Positions 22,385 through 36,468 of a stretch of 64,000 nt of DNA are shown one piece after another. This stretch comes from Malacoraja senta. Taxonomy: Eukaryota. The position numbers and the translations under genes are program-made. A model generated the notes under the pieces. That model ran no database searches. It saw nothing but the letters and a program-made list of their open reading frames with translations, and was not told where the DNA came from. The stretch covers positions 157,728,001 to 157,792,000 of the forward strand of contig CM075977.1 in NCBI GenBank assembly GCA_038087875.1, read 5' to 3'. The first letter of the stretch is position 1. Each line of letters begins with the position of its first letter.

Positions 22385-25272
22385 TAGAAAGATTAAATGA
22401 GAACTTACCGTTTGAAGTTTGCTCTTTATTTTATGAGATGTTGAAGTGAGGGATTACGTGAAGAGCCCACCAGCCCACAAGCGCATCAATCTTCAGAGCA
22501 ACTGTATGAAACCACAGACCACTGGCACGAACTTAAACTATAGAAAGATTAATAACCCTTGACTTACTGAATGATCTTTATGAGAATCAGGGTTGGGAGT
22601 GGAGGGCACGTAGTCCCTCACTTCAACTTCTCATAAAATAAAGATCAAACTTCAAATGGTAAGTTCTCGTTTAATCTTTCTACTTTATTTCGAAGTCACG
22701 TGAGTGACTATGTGAAGCCTTCAAAGCTCTGTGGTTTTATGCAGTAAACCAATCTGTGTGTGAAACACTTAAACAGATAACCATAAATAGTAGAAAAAGC
22801 ATGGGTTATTCACAACATGATGTGAACTGACATACATGTCCCTTGCCCTTAATTGGACTACAATCCCAATTGGCTTTGAGTTAGACAATAACTCATGCAA
22901 CACTGTTCAGAATTCTATCTGCAATCATCCAGTCATATTCAACCAAATTTCATGACTTCTGAAAGTGCACTATGTAAGCCTCCTGCTGTTGCAAGATGAT
23001 TAAATGGGAATATCCATTCTATTGGCTGCTAATGAGCCAGCCCCCTTGGAAGGGTGAGACTTGAAATGATTTGAATTCACCCCTGCTATTACCTGCTTAT
23101 CCTCTATTCATGTTGAGGTAGTCTGTACCAGCAATCTCTTGATAAAACTATTAAATAACAATGAAGAAACCATCCTTCATCTCATAGGTACTAGTACCTG
23201 TATAGATAATAACACCCCCAATCTCCGATCTGGTGGGTATGCTGTCAACTCAAAATTGTACCCAACCATGCCCGGTTTGCTTGACGAGATGATTCCCATA
23301 ACAAGCTACCCTCATGTAAGTTATGACCCAGAGACCGAGCTCGGGATTGAGTAAATACTGTGTTCTTTGTGCTGAAATCAGTTGCTAAAAGCATAATTAA
23401 CTTAAAAGGTACTGCTCCCATTAGGAATACAGTAGATGAATATCTGCATAATAATTTTACTGATACACATTCCACACTACTATGAGTCTAGGCTTTAGAG
23501 TGTTCATGTAAAATACCATGCATAACGTTAGTCAACAGTGGGTGAATAACCAATCATTTATGGACCCACTTATAGTACTAGATAGAAGGAAAAAGCAGCA
23601 CGAGCAGTGTCAATTGTGCTATAACCTACTCGCTTCTCTAAGCCCAAACTGAAAGAACCACAAACCTCTGCTACTTCTGTTTAAAAGTAGCTCACATGTG
23701 TCTTCTTCACAAACTTTCCATACAACCGTGCAGAGCCTAGCTGCATGAGAATTAGGCTGAACTCGCCATCACTCGTGACTTCGAGTAAGTAGAAGCTTCA
23801 TTCAGCCGCCTTTACAATGAACACCCTGAATGAGTAGGCAAAATTGGCACTATTAAATTCATGTCGCCTCATCGTTAATATCGTAAGAGGCATCTACTAA
23901 TAAAACCTCTGAGTCTTATCAGCTACAAAAGCATGTCGTGTGTAAACTTGATGATACAATGTCCTTTTGATCTGAGTAGGGCAGCATTAGCTTAGAATCT
24001 TGTAAATAGCCTTGGCCTGAAGACAACCCCTAGATAGAGCCTAAAACTTCCACCACTGGCTTGTCCTAAAAAAAACCCATCAGATATATCTGTGCCTCTC
24101 GTGTATGGATATGGAAAAGTATGCATCTTCAAGATCGATTGTGGCCCTAAATCCTCTGAATCAGCTAAATTGCTGAAAGGCAATTATCCATCTTAAACTG
24201 GTTAACCAAACACATGATCAGACTAGCCAAATCTTAACCTGATATGGCATGCTCCACTTTTTTCAACCTTGAGAACACATTAGAACTATACGCCTCTTGT
24301 TCTTGGGCAGACTACTCATCCTTTGTGAGATATCCCTGTTTCCACTTGGAATACCATAGTTTCCATTATTGACCATAAGGACGGAAATTTTTTGGCTTCT
24401 CTTGTCATGGAGGAATAATCAACCAGAAAATGAACTTTATAATTCGGTGTGATTTGTAAACTGGAAAAATTCCAGAGGTTATTTGTCCCCACCTGTTTGT
24501 CGAGCCGTGACTTAAATATCGACAGCAGCTCTCATGTGACTAATGTAATAACATTCACATACTCAAAACACCTCCAGCTCAATGTTGCTTTGCTGTCCAT
24601 GAGAAGACAGACGATGACTGAAGATGAGATCAAGGCAGTTCCTGAGAAAGCACGTGCTGTAACATCCACCAAGAAGATCCTTGGCCTCAGACAGAAGAGT
24701 AACAGTCAGCTGATCCTAGACTTGCTCTGTCTCTTTGCACATGCATCATGACCCGCTGGGGACAGTACTGAGTATGAAGAAAGCATAGCAACCATGGTGG
24801 GCGCTGAACCTGCGGATAAAAGCTCTCTGGCTTTGATAGAAGAGTAGGCCTGGTGCTCCAACCAGCCTCCATGGATCGTATCCTCCTACTCTTGAGAAAT
24901 GTTAGCATAAATTGGATAGGCCTCAGGCCTGTACCATCCTAGTCGAATTATGTTTAGACTGCGTATAACACAGAAGACCCTCTACTGACCTTGTACAAGG
25001 TGAATCCTTCCCTGAGAAGTCTCAAAACTTTCTGGGTTAAAGCCTTTCGACTTAGATTTCATCTTAACTGATGGCATTAACCTACAACCTCCAGTGTCTG
25101 ACTGAATCAGAACATACATCAATTCCTTATGCGACTAGAATTGAAGCGCAGCATCCTTACCTGCCGGAGCAGTTTCAAACTGCTCCGATCCTCGCGCCAT
25201 GCGTCGACGTATTGACGCGCATGCCGGCTGGCGGGCTTTTCACATAGTCACTCACGTGACTTCAATATAAAA
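22385..25272 (-). mobile_element. DIRS1-like tyrosine-recombinase retrotransposon; internally deleted, coding decayed
   Basis: Inverted termini (22458-22490 vs reverse of 25211-25243); ICR 22607-22717 is the reverse complement of 22385-22460 joined to the reverse complement of 25239-25272; GYSTIDTARAA integrase N-terminal remnant at about 23595-23628. Confidence 0.85.
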
Positions 25273-26339
25273 TAACAATACGGTTCATGACTCTGATGTA
25301 AAACGCACACACTTGTTGGTAGTGTGCAGAAAAAAAACTGTATTTAATTTATGAAATGCATCAGAGTGGAAAGTTGGTAGGATCAATCATTGCCTTTTTT
25401 TCCTGGACTGTTCTTGTAAACTTCAAGACAGTGCAAATGTTATAATTCATGGTGTGTGAAGGTGCACTAGGAGGCACAGCGGTCACCATCAACTTTCAGC
25501 CAGCTGAACTACAGGGAGAGGGGTAGGATGAGCAAGAGGTGAAAGAGGAACAGAGCAGACAACCTAACCAGTCTTTCTCTCATTAGTTCTCTCTGAGCAA
25601 ATAATTTGAATGGAAATTCAATAAAAACAACCCTGAGTCCCCATTTAGCATTGTAAAGAAACGTAAGTTAATCACCTGACTATTCCTTTTGTGCTTACCT
25701 CCTCTCTGCCCAGTGCTGTGCTATGTCATTCTCTGCTGAAGGCCTTGGAGGGAAACCAAAAGATCAGTTTTCTGCCTCCTATAACACACGTCAGACAACA
25801 CTGTCTCAGCATGAGTGACATAGTCTTGGTTGGCTTGCCTGGTTGGTCAGAGCAAGGGCGTCAATGGTGAGAAGATACAAAGTGCAATCCTCAAACAAAT
25901 CAGCAGGGTGGTGCTCCATGAAGTCACTGGCACTTCCCTGGAAGGAAGTCTTGCAAGGTGCTGCTGGACTGCTGCGATACACCGCAAGACCACTGCAACA
26001 CACATTCATAGCCATGATGGCAGCAGTCTCAGATTGTGCCAATGAAAATACCTTGCAGAACAAAAGTTTGAGCTAACAAAGCAGCACTCAAACATTGGAG
26101 TTTATATATATTTTTCTGCTGAGGAAGACAAATTATTGACCTCAGATGCTGCACTATGGCTAAACCGATGGAGTGAACATTCCCTTCCAAGGTGTTCAGA
26201 ATTAGCTCCACAAAACAGACACATGCCCATTAAGAGTAAGGAAAATGTAGGAATCTATTATAAAGCATGTGAAAACAGGACATTTAGAAACTATCAACAA
26301 AAAGAACAAAGTCAGAATGCACTTATGAAAGAATAGTTG

Positions 26340-28740
26340 CTTTTGACAAAAGCACTTGGGCTTTTTTTGATAAGGTAACTGATAGCACAGTCAGGGGAAA
26401 ACTAATGGACATAATGTATTTGAATCTTCAGGTATTTGTTACAGTCTCACATAAGAGGTTATCATCCAAACTCAAATCACATGGGATTGCAAGTCATATA
26501 AGAGCATGGATTGAAATGAGTCGATAAACAGAAAAAGAAGGTAGTAATGGATAAGACATTGTCAGGGAGGCAGGCTGTGATTAGTGGAGCATTGCAGAGA
26601 TCAGTGCCTTATTCACAGCTATTCACAATACACATCGATAATTTGGAGGATGGAGCCTAAATAATATTTCTAAGTTTGCTGATTAAACTAAACTATGCCA
26701 GTTGTAAGTTGTGAGAAAGATGCAAAGATACTAGGGTAATTTACACAAGGTAACTGAGTGGGTAAAGACATGGCAGATGCGGTATAAAATGGATAAATAT
26801 GAGGTCGTGTACACTGGAAGAAATGTAATGAAAGGGTGAAGTATTTAAATGGTGACTGTGTTGGGAAATGTTGATGTACAAGGAGATCTAGATGTTCTTG
26901 TACACAAGTTACTGAAAGCAAATACACAGGTGTGGCAAGCAGTCGAGAAGGCAAAATGGTAAGGTGATACTCAGTGATAAAATGTTTTGAGTACAGGAGT
27001 AAGGATGCTTTAGCACATTAATGCAGTGCCTTGATGAGACCATGTCTGGAGAATTCTCTGTAGGATGACGCAGTCAACCTGGGCCTGTACTTCATCCTCC
27101 AGCACCTTGACCGCCAGGGGACCTATGCGAGGATTTTGTTTGTTGATTTTAGCTCTGCATTCAACACCATTATGCCAGAGCTACTACACTCCAAACTTTC
27201 CAAGTTGACTGTGCCTGAACCCCTCTGTCGGTGGATTACCAGCTTCCTGACAGACAGGAAGCAACATGTGAGGCTGGGAAAGCACATCTCGGACCCGCAA
27301 ACCCACAGCATAGAAGCATACTCTCCCCTCTCCTCTACTCTCTCCAGACCAATGACTGCACCTACACTGACTCCTCTGTCAAGCTTCTCAAGTTTGCGAA
27401 TGACACAACCCTGATTGGACTGATCTGGGATGAGGAAGAATCTGCCTACAGACAGGAAGTGACACAGCTGGCATCCTAGTGCCATTGCAACAACCTGGAG
27501 CTCAATACTCTTAAGACAGTGGAATTGATAGTAGACTTTAGGAGAGCTCCCCCTCCCCTCACCCACTCACCATCAACAACACCACAGTCACATCTATGGA
27601 GTCTTTGGGAACCATCATCTCCAAGGACCTTAAATGGGGGGCTACCATCGACTCCACAGTCAAAAAGGCACACCAGAGGATGTACTTCCTGCGGCAGCTG
27701 AGGAAGCACAATCTGCCACAGGCAATGATGGTCCAATTCTATATGGCCATCATAGAGTCTGTCCTCACTTTCTCCATCATGGTCTGGTTTGGCTCAGCCA
27801 CCAAGCACAACATCCGGATGCTGCAGCGAATCGTCCGATCAGCTGAGAAGGTTATTGGCTGCAACCTTCCCTCCATTGACGAACAGTACACTGCAAGGGC
27901 AAGGAAGCGAGCGGGTAAGATCATCTCTGACCCCTCTCACCCTGGCCACAAACTCTTTGAATCACTTCCCTCTGGAAGGCGACTCTGGACTGTCTAAAAC
28001 AGACATAAAAACAGCTTTTTTTCCACGAGTAGTAGCTCTGCTCAATAACCAAAAATCTGTAAACTCCATTTGCTCTGGTATTTTATTTAATTCACATATT
28101 TAATCACTAATGTTTTATTATTAATGTTTAATGTTTTATGTGTCATCCCTAACTGTCACTGTATGTCATGTTATCACTTGCGGGCAGAGCACCAAGACAA
28201 AATGTATGTGAATACTTGGCCAATAAACATTCATTCATTTAACGTCCTTATCCAAGGGTTCTGGAAATGCTGTAGAGGAATGATTGGGTAAATTAGTCCA
28301 GTATACATATGAGTTTAGAAGAATGAGAGGAGATCTCATCAAAACATATAACATCTTGACAGGGATGAACATTTCTCCCAGCTATAAACAGAATCCACAA
28401 AATATAGGGCAAGACTGGAAATGGAGGGATATGGAGGGATATAGATTACATGCACACACACACACACACAGGAGATTAGTTTAACAGCATCATTTTTAGC
28501 ATGGACATTATGCAGGAACTGTTCCTGTGCTGCACTATTTAATGGTCCATATTCTATGTAAGGCACTGAGTGTAGACTCCTCATGGTCTTTGAAGGATTA
28601 TGAATTTTTCTACCACAGAAGGCAGGGAGCCCAAGTCATTGAATCTGTTTAAAAAAAGATAGATTACTGGACATAAAAGGCAGCAGGTGGATTAGGGAGA
28701 AAGCGGGAATATTGCATTGAACTCAAGGATCATCCATGAT
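26340..28740 (+). mobile_element. Old CR1-like LINE split by a Rex1 insertion
   Basis: Degenerate RT motifs at 26410-27055; resumes with TTTAGAAGAATGAGAGGAGATCTCAT at about 28313. Confidence 0.7.
27061..28241 (+). mobile_element. Rex1/Babar-clade LINE, 5'-truncated
   Basis: YARILFVDFSSAFNTIMP, LLKFANDTTLIGLI, KKAHQRMYFLRQLRK, AIIESVLTFSIMVWFG, LPSGRR; AATAAA plus (CATT)n tail. Confidence 0.92.
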
Positions 28741-28909
28741 TACATTAAGTAGTCATAAGGTCATAAGTGATAGGAGTAGAATGAGGCCATTTGGCCCATC
28801 AAGTAGTAAAGAGGGTTTGAAGGCTATATTGCGTGCTTCTGATCCTATTTTTTCCTGTCTCTTTGTGCCAATTTGGACACAATTGGACTCACAATTTGGA
28901 CTCACAACT

Positions 28910-30061
28910 GTGGGAGCGAGGGCGTCAAACAAGGCTGCGTCCTCGCTCCCACACACTCTTTGGGATTTTCTTCGCTCTGCTCCTGAAACATTCCTTCGGC
29001 ACTGCAACAGAGGGGATCTACCTGCTAGATCAGATCAGACTCTTCAACCTCACCCTGCCAAAGAGCAAAGACAAAAGTACGTGAAAAGTACATGTCTCAT
29101 CAGAGACATGTTGTTTGCCGCCGCCGCCGCAGTTGTGTCCCACACCCAGCAGGAATTACAGTCAATGATGGACCGCTTCTATCGGGCATGCAAGGACTTC
29201 GGACTGACCATCAGCCTGAAGAAGACGAATGTCTTGGGGCAGGATACAGTGGCGCCGCCTGTCATCACCATCGACGACTACGAACTTGATGCCATCCAAC
29301 AGTTCACGTACCTCGGCTCCACCATCACCGACAACCTCTCCTTGGACACAAAGATTGATAAGAGGATCGGGAAGGCAGCTACAACTCTCGCTCGCCTCAC
29401 AACTCGAGTGTGGACCAACCCAAAGCTGACAGTGAAGACAAAGATAAAAGTCTACAATGCCTGTATCAACAGCACGCTGCTGTACGGCAGTGATCATGGA
29501 CTACATATGCCAGGCAGGAGAGAAGGCTCAACACCTTCCACCTGAGAAGCATCCGCCTTCGCGCTGGCCTTCCCAGTATGTACACTCTACTCAGGCAGTG
29601 CAGACTGCAGTGGCTGGGCCGTGTCCACCGCATGGAGGATGGCCGTATTACAAAAGACATCCTCTTTAGAGAGCTGACATCTGGGAGGAGAACCATCGGC
29701 CGCCCCCAGCTATGTTACAAGGAATCTGCAAGAGAGATATGAAGGCGCTCGACATCGATGTGGAGTCCCGGGGGAGCCTTGCAGCTGACCACACGAGATG
29801 GAGAGGTACCCTGAACCAACATCTCAAAACGGGGGAAGAGAAACTGTTGAACGCAGGGGCAGACAAGCGGGCGCGCAGAAAGGAGCGCAACAACTTCAAC
29901 AAACCAGAGACCACACACAAATGTGACCTTTGCCACAGAGACTCACTCCTACATTGGTCTCTTCAGCCACAAGCGACGTTGCTCCAGCCGAGGTTTGGAG
30001 TAAGCAGCCAAAAACTAGGATGCATCACCCATGGTCAGTCATGACTGAGGGGGGCCTACTT
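28910..30061 (+). mobile_element. RTE (BovB-like) LINE, 5'-truncated
   Basis: LQSMMDRFYRACKDFGLTISLKKT, FTYLGSTI, IDKRIGKAATTLARL, VYNACINSTLLYGS; long flanking duplication. Confidence 0.9.
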
Positions 30062-31460
30062 TCCTATTTTTCCTTTCTCTTTGTGCCAATTTGGACTCAC
30101 AATTCTATGCTCTTTGATATTACACAAAGGCCTTCTGGCATTTTTACTCACGCATTGTCCACAACATTTTGCCTTTCACTGCCTATCTAGGTCTCCATTG
30201 AAGTATTCTGCAGTAAAAAAGAATGAGTAAAGGGTCAGTATCTGTCAATTGACAGATAAAATCAATTGGCAATCTCTTTTATCCTTACTGAACTTCTGGC
30301 TGTGGCTCTGCCCTACAGAAATGGAGGAAAACACAATGGTAGAGATGTGGTAAGGGAAAGGGGTTGAGGATGGCAATGGTGGGGAGATGGTTAGGTTAAA
30401 GGGGCATAACCATCCTACCAACAACCAGAGAGCACAATGCGTCTCTCTCAGTGTGTGCACACTGTGGGATGTGAGTCTTCCAGCAGTGTGAGGACTCTGA
30501 GGTTGTTAACATTGGTGTTTGCTGCAGTTGGAAGAGATTATGAGTGGGTGAGTGATGGGGCCGTGATGTATTGAGCACCATTTGAGGCTGGTGGAGCATT
30601 TGGTACTGGACTTGAGTATTCATTAACATTGTCCTTGGCCACACATCTGAGGCCATTGAGCTTCTGGTGACACTGGATTCATTATCATGGGGATAAATCA
30701 AAGCACTGCATCTGTAACTCTCTCCTCCTACTGCCTTCATCCTGGCTCAGTTTAGTTGAGCCCATCTCCCTTTCACTCCACTTCCTTCTTTAAGGCCTCC
30801 AGGGGAACATTTGAAACATTTGTTCTTTTCCCCGTAATGCTATTTTCAGAAGTCTCCTTGATCAGAAAGAGTTGCAGAGTGCCTGCTGCTGCCACCTTTC
30901 GAGAAAGGTCACCTTTCACCTTTAAATACTGGAGGAGGAATTTTGAAATTTGTAATCCCCACTGTGCTTCATGTGCAGGCTGGTCTGACTGCTGTTCAGC
31001 AGTGGCAAATCTGTGCTCTCTGTGCTGAAGGTTTAATGCTAAAATATTGACGGCAATTATGCAAATTTTATGTAGGTTCATTAATGTACAAATTTTCTAA
31101 AATTATCGCCAGCTATTCCTCAGAGCGGCTTATTTTTAATATTGACTATCCACATACCAGCAAGGCTGATGACGCCATAAAGAGGGTGCAGATGGCAGAG
31201 ATGGGATATTCAGCACAAAGTAGACAAGGTGCTGCAGTTATTTCTTTGGGCATGTGACTGCAATCACGAGGAAACAGAAAGCAAGAAAAGCAGCTATTCT
31301 TCATCATATTGCTATCTCTTTCCATCTATCTCTATAAGCGCACATTACAATGACAAATCCACAAGTTGCAAAATAAAACATATCCTTACTCAACATTGAT
31401 GCATTCTTCATTGCATCATCACAGGCATCAGATAAATGCTTCCCACAGTAGAGGTGTGAG

Positions 31461-31535
31461 GTAGCCCGCTGAGTTACTCCAGCATTTTGTGTCTATCTTC
31501 AGAGAACACCTTCATCTGCAGTTCCTTCCTACACA
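31461..31535 (+). mobile_element. Penelope-like short element fragment
   Basis: CCCGCTGAGTTACTCCAGCATTTTGTGTCTA..CATCTGCAGTTCCTTCCTACAC shared with the family. Confidence 0.6.
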
Positions 31536-32944
31536 CTGTAAGTCCACACATCTTTTGCATGCATCAGTTGTCAAACGTGGAAAATCACGGTTTCCCTCCC
31601 CATCTCCATGTTTCCTCTCGTCTGCCGAGCTTAGCCAGCCTCTTTGAATCAATCACGGTATTTGTCACTGATTATGACAACACAACCAGGCATTTCCCTC
31701 TTGATTCCTATGAAGAAAAATAAGTTGTTTACAACTACAGTTTACTCATCAGGAATTTGAGAATAATTGACCATTGAAAATGCAGTGCAGAAAAACCGCC
31801 AGCATGCAAGCCAGCCATTTTGTCCCCATCAGAACAACTAGGCAGAACAGTAAAAACACAAAACAAGGGGCAATTCCCAAGCCAATTGCCACGCCTTCAC
31901 CTGTGGTGCTTTGTAACATTAGTATGCATTATCAATAGCCTTCTCTGCAGCAAGTCCCCAAATTCACATTGCCAGCACCTACTGGCCCTACACTGAGGAA
32001 ACACAGACAGGAAGGAAAAGAGCAACAAGACTTGAGAATGTCTTTACTTCTATTCATACATAGTGATAGAATAAGTAGCAATATTTTAAATGCAGCCACA
32101 TGCCTTATTTAGCATCACATAAAAATCCATTCTCGTATTATTGAGAACTGCCATGTTATGTACATGTTCCTTCTGATTTACGAAGGGCGCTTTATGACGG
32201 CATTTAATTCTAGTCATAATTTATCCTACAAGTTATACATTTTGGAACAGTTCATTTTTTATTGTTCTGTTTTGCTAAACCCTGCAGAACTGCCTTGTAT
32301 TCATTTTAGCTGCCACAGTGTGAATCATAGTCATGGGGAGGGAGAGAGCGCTACAGTATTACCTTACTGTCAATGTAATTACGTTTATTTATTGGCTGCC
32401 TGTGTTTCTTACCTCCCGTCTAAGTATTTTCTAAAACACTACAACTATCATCAGGCTTCACATTAGATTCTCTCCACTGTCAAGAAAACATTAATTAACA
32501 AGGCACCAGCTGCAAATCTGCAATTACTAATCAACAAATGTTTTTATTGCTTGGAGCTTCACTGCTGGACAAGGTTAGAATGAATAGGGAGAAACATACA
32601 TGTCTGGAAATAATTGTTTGGCAACCTTGGCGTAAGTTTTAATACTCTCAACTTCAGGGTAGGAAGAGAGGTTAGAGACACTTACTATCTATAGGATTTG
32701 GAATTGAATAAGCTAGTGTTAAGATTACAGGTATGTGATGTTTCTATGTTTTCAGTGCAGGAAGTTGGGATAGGAGCTTGGAAGGTATGCACGGTCCCAA
32801 AACAGCTTACAAGATGGAATTTTGAGCTTGGAGCCTTAGAAAACACAATATTGAAATACTGGTTCATCACCGATTTTCCAACAGCTTTGGTTCCAGAGCC
32901 TTGCTGTATTATCTGTTTTGATGAACCATCAGAGGTCACATAGC

Positions 32945-33230
32945 CTTGGGAGGCTGAGAAACCGACCCACAAAGTCAGCTGCGAATGTCGGCTATGTGAA
33001 CGGATCTGCCGGGTCCGGCTGGACTGGAGTTCCAGAGCACTGGCCACAGGATGCAAATTCAACCCGCCGATTAATGTGGAAGCCCCGATGAGGAAGTGAT
33101 CGGCTGACTTACCCAGCCGAGGCGCCAATTTTTGGCGGTCTTCCGGGTGGGATTTCAAGTGTGCTCTTGTGATTTTGTCTGAATTAAAATGGCTGGACCA
33201 TCAGTTGCCGGAAAATTGGTGGTGGACCTG
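32945..33230. mobile_element. Tc1/pogo-type DNA transposon fragment (one end)
   Basis: CpG-rich block ending ...GCCGGAAAATTGGTGGTGGACCTG|TA. Confidence 0.5.
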
Positions 33231-33874
33231 TATTAAAAATAAACATACTATCATAACCCTGGAACAAGATGGCGGGTAGATCATAGGGCATATCAACTTC
33301 AGCAGCTTGCAGTATTGCCTGTCTGCTACTTAGTTATCTTCTCGAGTTGGTAAATGTATTATACATGGCTTGAATGGATCCACCTCGAGGCGTTTTACCT
33401 GTGTTGCTAGATTCTATTCTTCGTTGCCTGTTTTAATAGTTCATTTAGAGGCAGGGAAGTTCCCCAAATCAACCATTAAATTATACACTCTCTAATTCAC
33501 CATTACAGTTATAAGAAAACAGGTCACAAAGTAGAATTATCTGATCGTGGAGAATTATTCCTGGATGCATCTCTTGCTCAGGTATCTAGTTTGCTTTATC
33601 AATCCAATTTCCTGTCTGATGTCCTTGCCCCACTTATAATTCTGCATAGAATTTCAAACCCGGCCTTCCAATGCCATTCTGAGTAGCTGATCATAATTCT
33701 TGGATGTTGTGTCTTAACTTTATTTGTGTGCTGCAATGGCAAGTTAAATTTCACTACACCAATGGGTGTATGTGATAATAAATGTCCTTTGTCCTTTGTC
33801 CTTTGTAATCTTGCCTCTTCATTCAGTAATACATAGGTGGCATCAGATTCATAGAGTCATCAAATAGATTTATA

Positions 33875-34210
33875 AACAGTACATCACAGGAACACACTCT
33901 TTGGCCAGTGATATCTGTGCCAAACATGATGCCAAATTAAACTAATCCATTCTGCCTGTCTGTGATCCATATCCCTGTATTCCATGCATATTCATGTACT
34001 TATCTGAAAGCCTCTTAAATGCTACTATCATGAATGTTTCCATCAACACCCCTGACAGCATGTTACTGGAATCCACCAAACTCTGTGTAAAAAATCTTGC
34101 CTTGCACATCTCCCTTAACATTTTTCCCCCTCTGATCTTAAACCAATGCCCTCTAGTATTTAACATTTCCACCTTTGGAAAAAAAGGTTCTGACTGCCTG
34201 CCCTATCTAT
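33875..34210 (-). mobile_element. CR1-like 3' fragment
   Basis: NTRGHWFKIRG..FFTQ..AFKRLSDKYM. Confidence 0.8.
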
Positions 34211-34994
34211 GAATACTGCTGCAAAGCTCCTGCTGCAAAGCTCCTGCTGCAAAGTGCAGGTTGAAAAGCCTATGATGGACCATAGACAGACCCTTCAAGT
34301 CCAGTACCAAATGTTTGATCTTTTACCTGGCCACTGTAAATGTTGCCAATGATTTGTAAATGAGTGGTAGAAGAGGGAAGAGCGGGATAGTTGATGTGGA
34401 ATTGAGGAGAATAAACTAGGTTTTCGGGTAGGCGCAGTGTAAATCTGAGTGCTGGATGGTTGGCGTGGAGTTGGTGGGCTAAATGCCCGTTTCTGTTTTG
34501 TACTTCTCCATGACTCTGTGACTTTGGGACACTATTAAAGTTTATAGGAATGTTGAAATAATGGTCCAATTGAACAGTTATCTTGTTAATAAGCAACACA
34601 CTCTCCTGGGGACTGTGTGCTCACACTTTTGCTGGCATTTACTTCCAATCTGTCCTCAACCCTTGGGTTATTCTCAGCCAATGTTTCACCATGCTCAGAT
34701 GTCAGACTGATTGTATTTGTACATTGGTCTTATACTAGCACTACATTAAAATAACCTTACTTATTTCAGGTTATATTCATTAAATGGCCTCTCTCATTCG
34801 TCAAAATAGCTGCAGTTAAAGGCTGCCATTCATGAAATAATTCTTATTACTGAGCTTCACCACTAATGGCAACAGCCACAAAATTATCCTCAAACCACTA
34901 AGAAAAAGCCGAGACATGGAGGAAGGAACAACAAGAAGAAATGTGAATCAATTGGGGTAAGTTTTGTTCTGCCCAAAGTTAAAAACTAAATGCA

Positions 34995-36250
34995 GAGTCA
35001 TGGAGTTATGCAGGATGAAAAACATATACTTCGGCCGAACTTGTCCATGCTGAAAAAAATGCCTAACTATGTTAATCCTATTTTCCTGCATTTGACCCAC
35101 ATCCCATTAATGTTTTCTGATACATGTACCTGTCCAAATGTTACCCCACCACCTCCTCTGGCAGCTTGTTCCATATACTCAGTGCTCTCTGTGTGAAATA
35201 CTTGCCCCTCAGGTTCCCTTTAAATCCTTCCCTTCTGACCTTAAAACTAGAATCCCCTATCCTTGAAAAAAGACTGTGATTATTGACCCTTTCTGCTCCT
35301 CCTAATTTTATCTCCATAAGGTCGCCCCTCAGCCTTCTGAGCTCCAGTCAGAAACCCCCCAGCCTATCCAACCACTTCTTGGAACTAAATTCCTCTATTC
35401 CAGCCAACATTTAGTTGAATCTCTTCCACACTTTTTCTAGCATAACTACATCCTATCTTTTGTGTGTTGATGAGAATTGCATACTATGTTCCAAATCCTA
35501 ACCAATATCATCTACAGTCACAACATGATGTACCCACTTATACTCAATTACCTTGCCTATTCGGGCATGCAACATTAACTTATTCTTCAGTATCCTATCC
35601 AGCTGTGTTAATACTTACATGGAGCAATGAATTTCTACCCTAAGGTCCCTCTGTATATACAGTACATTGCTCATGCCTCTGCCATTTTCTGCACATTGTA
35701 ATTGTCAACCAAAAATGCATCCTTCATGGATTAAATTAAATTTGCTATTGCTCCACCCAGCATTGATCTAAGTGTATCCTTAGACAACCATCTTCACACC
35801 TTCATATCCACTACTTACTTATCATCAAACCTTTGGAAGGCATTCTCCAAATTATATGTATATATAACACGCAACAAAGGTCCCTGCACTGAAGCTTGCT
35901 GTTCACCATTGATTATAATCCTCTTGTCAGAAAAAAACAATGTTCCACATTACCCTCTGCCAAAACACATTGGATTCCATGTGCCCTGACTTTCTGGACC
36001 AGCCTACCATGTGGCACTTTACCAGAAGTTTTGCTTAAGTCCATACATACCACATCTACCACCTTACTTTCTTAAACTTTCTTAGTAACCTCCTCAATCA
36101 GAGGCTGTGAGGTGGGAGTTCCCATCAAAATTATACTGTCTCCCTAATCAATCCTCTCTGAAAATTATCATAAATCCTCTCCCAAAAACGTTTTTCCAAT
36201 AGTTTCCCTACTAATGATGCAAGGCTCACTGACTTGTAGCTTCCTGACAT
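34995..36250 (-). mobile_element. Old CR1-like LINE
   Basis: Degenerate match to the CR1 at 47825-48476, extending into RT. Confidence 0.7.
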
Positions 36251-36262
36251 ATACCAACATGT

Positions 36263-36468
36263 TAGACATAAAATGCTGCACTAACTCAGCAGGTCAGGCA
36301 GCATTTCTGGAGAAAAAGAATAAGTGACGTTTCAGGTCAGAACCCTTCTTCAAACCCGAGACATCACCTATTATTTTACTCCAGAGATGCTGCTTGACTC
36401 ACTGAGTTACTCCAGCATTTTGCGTCTATCTTTGGTAGACACCAGCATCTGCATTTCCTTCCTACACA
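36263..36468. mobile_element. Fold-back Penelope-like short element
   Basis: Inverted arms; minus-strand TTGAAGAAGGGTTCTGACCTGAAACGTC. Confidence 0.68.

Noticed and set aside
30245-31020. Possible old minus-strand LINE remnant
   Set aside because: Too degenerate to assign from sequence alone
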